Of a stretch of DNA of 64,000 nt, positions 60,181-64,000 are shown piece after piece. The notes beneath the pieces were generated by a model. That model worked only from the letters and a program-made list of their open reading frames with translations. It ran no database searches and was not told the origin of the DNA. The position numbers were made by a program, and so were the translations under genes. Source of the stretch: Candidatus Moraniibacteriota bacterium (GTDB lineage: Bacteria > Patescibacteriota > Minisyncoccia > Moranbacterales > UBA9337). The stretch covers positions 13,718 through 77,717 of the forward strand of contig JAQVJM010000001.1 in the NCBI GenBank assembly GCA_028695135.1. Direction: 5' to 3'. Numbering within the stretch: position 1 is the stretch's first letter; every line of letters starts with the position of its first letter.

Positions 60181-61005
60181 ATGCTATCATATGAATATCA
60201 AAATTTGCCTCAAATCATAGATCCTATCGCTTTTTCGGTCGGGTCTTTTTCTATACGATGGTATTCGCTGATGTATCTGGCAGGATTTTTAGTCATCCTG
60301 TCTCTTTTAAAGTTGAGGAAAAATAGGAAAGAAACCGAGTTGAGATGGGAAGATATTTTAGACTTCCTGATGTATGCGTTTTTAGGATCTCTTATCGGAG
60401 GCAGGATCGGATATGTGCTTTTTTACAATTTATCTTATTATCTTGACAATCCTATCGAGATAATTCTGCCGATCCGAATCACGGATTATGGATTGCGATT
60501 TGCGGGATTTTACGGAATGAGTTATTTCGGAGCGGTGCTGGGAATATTTTTTGTCGCTTGGATTTTTTCCAAAAAAAGGAGGGTGGATATTTTTAACATT
60601 TCTGATTTTGTTTTGCCGGCCGTCCCTCTCGGATATTTTTTCGGACGGATCGGAAATTTTTTGAATGGGGAGCTTTACGGAAGGGCTACTGAAGGACGGT
60701 GGGGGATGTATTTTAGCGACGGACAGCTGAGGCATCCCTCCCAGTTTTATGAAGCTTTTTTTGAAGGAATCGTTTTGTTTTTCATCCTTTGGTCATTAAG
60801 GAACAAGCTTTCGGACAAAAAGGGCGCGCTTACCGGGATTTATTTGGCAGGATACGGGCTTTTTAGATTTTTTATCGAATTTTTTCGGGAACCGGACAAG
60901 CAGTTGGGATTTATTTTAGGATTTCTGACACTGGGACAAATCTTTGCAATCTTTTTATTTTTTATCGGCGCTTTTATAGTGCGAAAGTCTGGGGCTTTTC
61001 GATAA
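60181..61005 (+). CDS. lgt: Prolipoprotein diacylglyceryl transferase
   Basis: ...SFSIRWYSL.Y..G...., ...YGL.FAG..G...., FGRIGNFLNGELYGR signature. Confidence 0.85.
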   Translation: MLSYEYQNLPQIIDPIAFSVGSFSIRWYSLMYLAGFLVILSLLKLRKNRKETELRWEDILDFLMYAFLGSLIGGRIGYVLFYNLSYYLDNPIEIILPIRITDYGLRFAGFYGMSYFGAVLGIFFVAWIFSKKRRVDIFNISDFVLPAVPLGYFFGRIGNFLNGELYGRATEGRWGMYFSDGQLRHPSQFYEAFFEGIVLFFILWSLRNKLSDKKGALTGIYLAGYGLFRFFIEFFREPDKQLGFILGFLTLGQIFAIFLFFIGAFIVRKSGAFR

Positions 61006-61024
61006 GATATTCTTGTAATATAAA

Positions 61025-61060
61025 CGTAGCATAATAATGCGGTCGCATTATTATGCTACG
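61025..61060. terminator. 16-bp perfect-stem hairpin between convergent lgt and comF (putative bidirectional terminator)
   Basis: cgtagcataataatgc-ggtc-gcattattatgctacg. Confidence 0.45.
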
Positions 61061-61195
61061 AATTAAAATGCTGGTAGCTGATGGGAATAAAAAAGAATCC
61101 GCTCTTTCGCAATCTTTGCTTCAAGCCAGCAGTTTTAATTTTGTTTCTTTTTTATTTCCATATCCCATTTCATATTCTCTGCTTCTTGCCTAATC

Positions 61196-61942
61196 CTATT
61201 CTCTCGCCAAAACAATCCCGTAAACCTTCTTGGCGCCTTTTTTCTTCAAGACTTTGGCGCACTCGAAAAGCGTGGATCCGGTGGTGGCTATATCGTCGAC
61301 CAAAAGTATATTTTTTCCTTTTATTCCGCTTATGAATTTTCTTTCCATTAAAAAAACGCCTTTCAAGTTCCTTTCCCGTTGGCGGCGATTTTTTATCTTC
61401 ATCTGGGGAATAGTATATTTTTTTCTTATCAACGCATTCTTTAAAACAGAAATTTCCAAACCCGGGGCGATACGGGAGGCCAAATAATAGCAGAGCATCT
61501 CCGATTGATTAAATCCCCGCCAGCGCAACCGGCGAGAATGGAGCGGAACCGGAACGATGGCATCGGGGAGGGGAAGCGATGAATTAAGGAGCGATTTTTT
61601 TAGTATTTCTCCCAAGTAAATGTTTAATTCCGAAATGAATCGATATTTATAATAATGGACTATTTTAGCGAGAAGCGTTTTTTCTCCATTTGATTTATAG
61701 GCGGAAGAAACCAGCACCCCGTCAATGATATATTTTTTTCTGCATTCAAAACAAGTTTTTCCATCCGGAGTGACGGATCTCTTGCAAATCGGGCAAAATT
61801 GCGGGATATCGACGGGTATTTTTTCTAAACAATCTCTGCAGACCCAGTCCCCGTATTTTTTGCATGATATGCAATGGATGGGAAAAAGAGTATCAAGTAT
61901 CTCTTTGCGAATTGCGATAAGCTTTCTACGAATTACGAACAT
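61196..61942 (-). CDS. comF: ComF family protein (phosphoribosyltransferase-like competence protein ComFC)
   Basis: N-terminal double CxxC zinc ribbon (CISCKKYGDWVCRDC...CPICKR...CFEC) and C-terminal PRTase motif ILLVDDIATTGSTL. Confidence 0.75.
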   Translation of the reverse strand: MFVIRRKLIAIRKEILDTLFPIHCISCKKYGDWVCRDCLEKIPVDIPQFCPICKRSVTPDGKTCFECRKKYIIDGVLVSSAYKSNGEKTLLAKIVHYYKYRFISELNIYLGEILKKSLLNSSLPLPDAIVPVPLHSRRLRWRGFNQSEMLCYYLASRIAPGLEISVLKNALIRKKYTIPQMKIKNRRQRERNLKGVFLMERKFISGIKGKNILLVDDIATTGSTLFECAKVLKKKGAKKVYGIVLARE

Positions 61943-62034
61943 ACGCGGAATTGCGAATGATATTTATTTTTTTATCGGATTTATCCGGGAGCGATTAAAA
62001 TAGCAAATCCGCTTCAGATTGTCAGGCTCGTTAT

Positions 62035-64000
62035 TTAAATGGCGATTATCTTGCCTCCTTTTATTTCCAAAGAAATTTTGTTGTTTTTTATCTTGCTTTC
62101 TGAAATTTTTTGAGCGATCGGATTTTCTATCAGATCGCGGATGTTTTTTTTGACTCCGCGGGCGCCCTTATCAGATCGGGAACTTTTTTTTGCCAGACAT
62201 CCTATAACGCCCTTTGAATATTTCATTGAAATCCCCCGTTCCCTCAATCGATCCTCCAGATTTTTCATCTCTAATCCGACTATTCTTAGGATATCTTTGG
62301 AAGAAAGAGGATTAAAGACTATGGAATAGTCTAGGCGGTTTAAAATTTCCGGTTTGATTTTTGCGTCAAGCTCCTTAATGACCTTTTCTTTTATGAATTT
62401 AAATTTTTCTCTCGAGCTGTTTTTTTTATCCAGAGACTTGTCTCCAAAGCCCAAATCGGCAGCTTTGGTAAATTCGCCGGTTCCTATATTGGAAGTCAGG
62501 ATTATTATCGCATTTTTAAAATCAACGGTTCTTCCTTCCGCGTCATTGAGTGTCCCTTCCTCCAATATTTGAAGAAGAATATTGTAAACGTCCGGATGGG
62601 CTTTTTCTATCTCGTCAAAAAGCACTAAACTGTAAGGCTGGCGGCGCAATTTTTCGGTGAGTTTCCCGCCTTCTCCATAACCGACATATCCGGCTGGCGC
62701 TCCCAAAAGCTGGGAGACATTATGTCTTTCCATAAACTCGCTCATATTTATTCTTATCAGAGCGGAAGCATCGCCAAAAAACTCCTCGGCCAAAACTCTT
62801 GCCGTAAGAGTTTTTCCCACCCCGCTGGGACCGAGAAACAGGAATGATCCGATGGGCCTCTCCTTGTCGGCGATCCCGCTTTGCGATCTCAGGATGGCAT
62901 AGGATATTTTTTGAATGGCCTCTTTCTGTCCTATTATTTTAGAATCAAGGCGCCGCTTTATGTTTTTGGAATAAGTCGAGTTTTTAGAAAGGAGCTTTTC
63001 CAGAGGAATTCCGGTTGAAATTGATACGGTCCGGGCGATATCTTCGGCATCTATTACTATCGGATTTTCCTTCTCGAATTTTTCTTGTTTTTTCTTAAAA
63101 GAAGAAATTTTCTTTATTATCTTTTCTTCTTTTTGACGCAGGGCTATGGCTTCGTCATAAAGTTCCTTGCTGACAAGAGAATGCTTTGAGGCGATTGTTT
63201 TTTCCAGTTCTTTCTCTAGCCGGGATATCTTTTTAAAAAAATCTGAAACTCCTTTCTTACTTCTGATCCAGGAGGAAGTTTCGTCGATCAGATCAATTGA
63301 CTTGTCGGGCTGAAATCGGTCTCGAATATAGCGCGAACTGAGAGAAACGGCCTGGCTGATCGCATCTTCGGTTATCTCTACATTATGGAAGTTCTCATAA
63401 CTATTTTTTATCCCTGTAATAATTTTTTCCGTTTCCTTGGCACCCGGCTCCCTGATGATTATCGGCTGGAAGCGCCTTTCCAGTGCCGGATCCTTCTCGA
63501 TGTATTTTTTGTATTCATCCAGAGTGGAAGCTCCGATGAATTGTATCTCTCCCTGAGTCAGTATTGGCTTTAAAATATTGGCTGCGTCCAATCCGCCGCT
63601 TACGTTTCCGGCGCCGATGATGCTGTGGATCTCATCGATAAAAAGGATGACATTTTTATTTTTTCCGGCTTCGTCCAATATATCCTTGAGCCTTTGTTCG
63701 AATTCTCCGCGGAAACTTGTTCCGGCTACCACCAGAGCTATATCCAGAGCCAGGATTTTTTTTCTCAAAAGGTGCTGAGGAACCTGTTCCAGATTTATTT
63801 TTTTTGCCAAACCTTCCACTATAGCGGTTTTTCCGACTCCCGGATCTCCGACTAAGAGAGGATTGTTTTTGTTCTTTCTTCCCAATGTGCCGGAGATTCT
63901 TTCAATTTCTTTTTCTCTTCCGATTATGAGAGTGTCGTTTCTCTTTACTTTTTCGTTTAGGTTTACGCAAAAATGATCCAGATTGGGAGTACCTCCGGGG
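62035..64000 (-). CDS. clpC: ATP-dependent Clp protease ATP-binding subunit ClpC (AAA+; N-terminal part lies beyond the window end)
   Basis: Two AAA+ modules: [15 protein letters not shown] (D1), [19 protein letters not shown] (D2), short M-domain; the frame stays open to the window edge. Confidence 0.8.
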   Translation of the reverse strand, partial: PGGTPNLDHFCVNLNEKVKRNDTLIIGREKEIERISGTLGRKNKNNPLLVGDPGVGKTAIVEGLAKKINLEQVPQHLLRKKILALDIALVVAGTSFRGEFEQRLKDILDEAGKNKNVILFIDEIHSIIGAGNVSGGLDAANILKPILTQGEIQFIGASTLDEYKKYIEKDPALERRFQPIIIREPGAKETEKIITGIKNSYENFHNVEITEDAISQAVSLSSRYIRDRFQPDKSIDLIDETSSWIRSKKGVSDFFKKISRLEKELEKTIASKHSLVSKELYDEAIALRQKEEKIIKKISSFKKKQEKFEKENPIVIDAEDIARTVSISTGIPLEKLLSKNSTYSKNIKRRLDSKIIGQKEAIQKISYAILRSQSGIADKERPIGSFLFLGPSGVGKTLTARVLAEEFFGDASALIRINMSEFMERHNVSQLLGAPAGYVGYGEGGKLTEKLRRQPYSLVLFDEIEKAHPDVYNILLQILEEGTLNDAEGRTVDFKNAIIILTSNIGTGEFTKAADLGFGDKSLDKKNSSREKFKFIKEKVIKELDAKIKPEILNRLDYSIVFNPLSSKDILRIVGLEMKNLEDRLRERGISMKYSKGVIGCLAKKSSRSDKGARGVKKNIRDLIENPIAQKISESKIKNNKISLEIKGGKIIAI

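Overview
This 64 kb window appears to come from a low-GC bacterial genome that looks like Candidate Phyla Radiation (CPR/Patescibacteria). The indications are a ribosomal-protein cluster with no L30, Lys/Glu-rich extensions on several ribosomal proteins, weak Shine-Dalgarno sequences, and many cupredoxin and surface-protein genes.

1-15.7 kb, + strand: the str/S10/spc ribosomal-protein supercluster runs rpsL-rpsG-fusA-tuf-rpsJ-rplC-rplD-rplW-rpsS-rplV-rplB-rpsC-rplP-rpmC-rpsQ-rplN-rplX-rplE-rpsZ-rpsH-rplF-rplR-rpsE-rplO. Three things are unusual: rplB sits after rpsS-rplV instead of before; rpmD (L30) is absent; and the cluster ends at a terminator instead of continuing into secY. The 60-300 bp spacers carry several families of repeated, hairpin-forming elements.

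15.8-25.8 kb: small hypothetical proteins, an acylphosphatase, an FAD-oxidoreductase/Rieske fusion, a membrane cupredoxin, an S9-type hydrolase, TspO, a pyrimidine-dimer-glycosylase-like protein, an M23 peptidase and a GH13_18 sucrose-phosphorylase-like enzyme.

25.9-36.2 kb: two tandem giant secreted proteins (1856 aa and 1507 aa). Their N-terminal repeat architectures differ (SBBP beta-propeller/cadherin-like versus DUF285 repeats/Ig-like/FN3). They share a homologous C-terminal module of about 320-330 aa: a TM segment, a carboxypeptidase-regulatory-like domain, roughly three TM helices, and a second carboxypeptidase-regulatory-like domain. This is the most striking candidate for an undescribed surface-anchoring system.

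36.2-43 kb: a metallophosphoesterase, a DedA-like protein, msrB and msrA, then a minus-strand copper operon: csoR, an HMA/DsbD-like TM/cupredoxin-like fusion, and copA. Three tandem covarying hairpins lie in the intergenic region between the fusion gene and copA. A GC-rich palindromic operator overlaps the csoR promoter.

43-64 kb: an orphan REC domain, rmuC, ispH, archaeal-type aspS, an MFS transporter, ybaK-like, ferritin-like, pth, LCP, a glycoside hydrolase, an L,D-transpeptidase, a C39-like peptidase, gyrB, an orphan sigma70 promoter driving an ORF-free structured region of about 160 nt (candidate sRNA), an AI-2E transporter, lgt, comF and a 3'-partial clpC.
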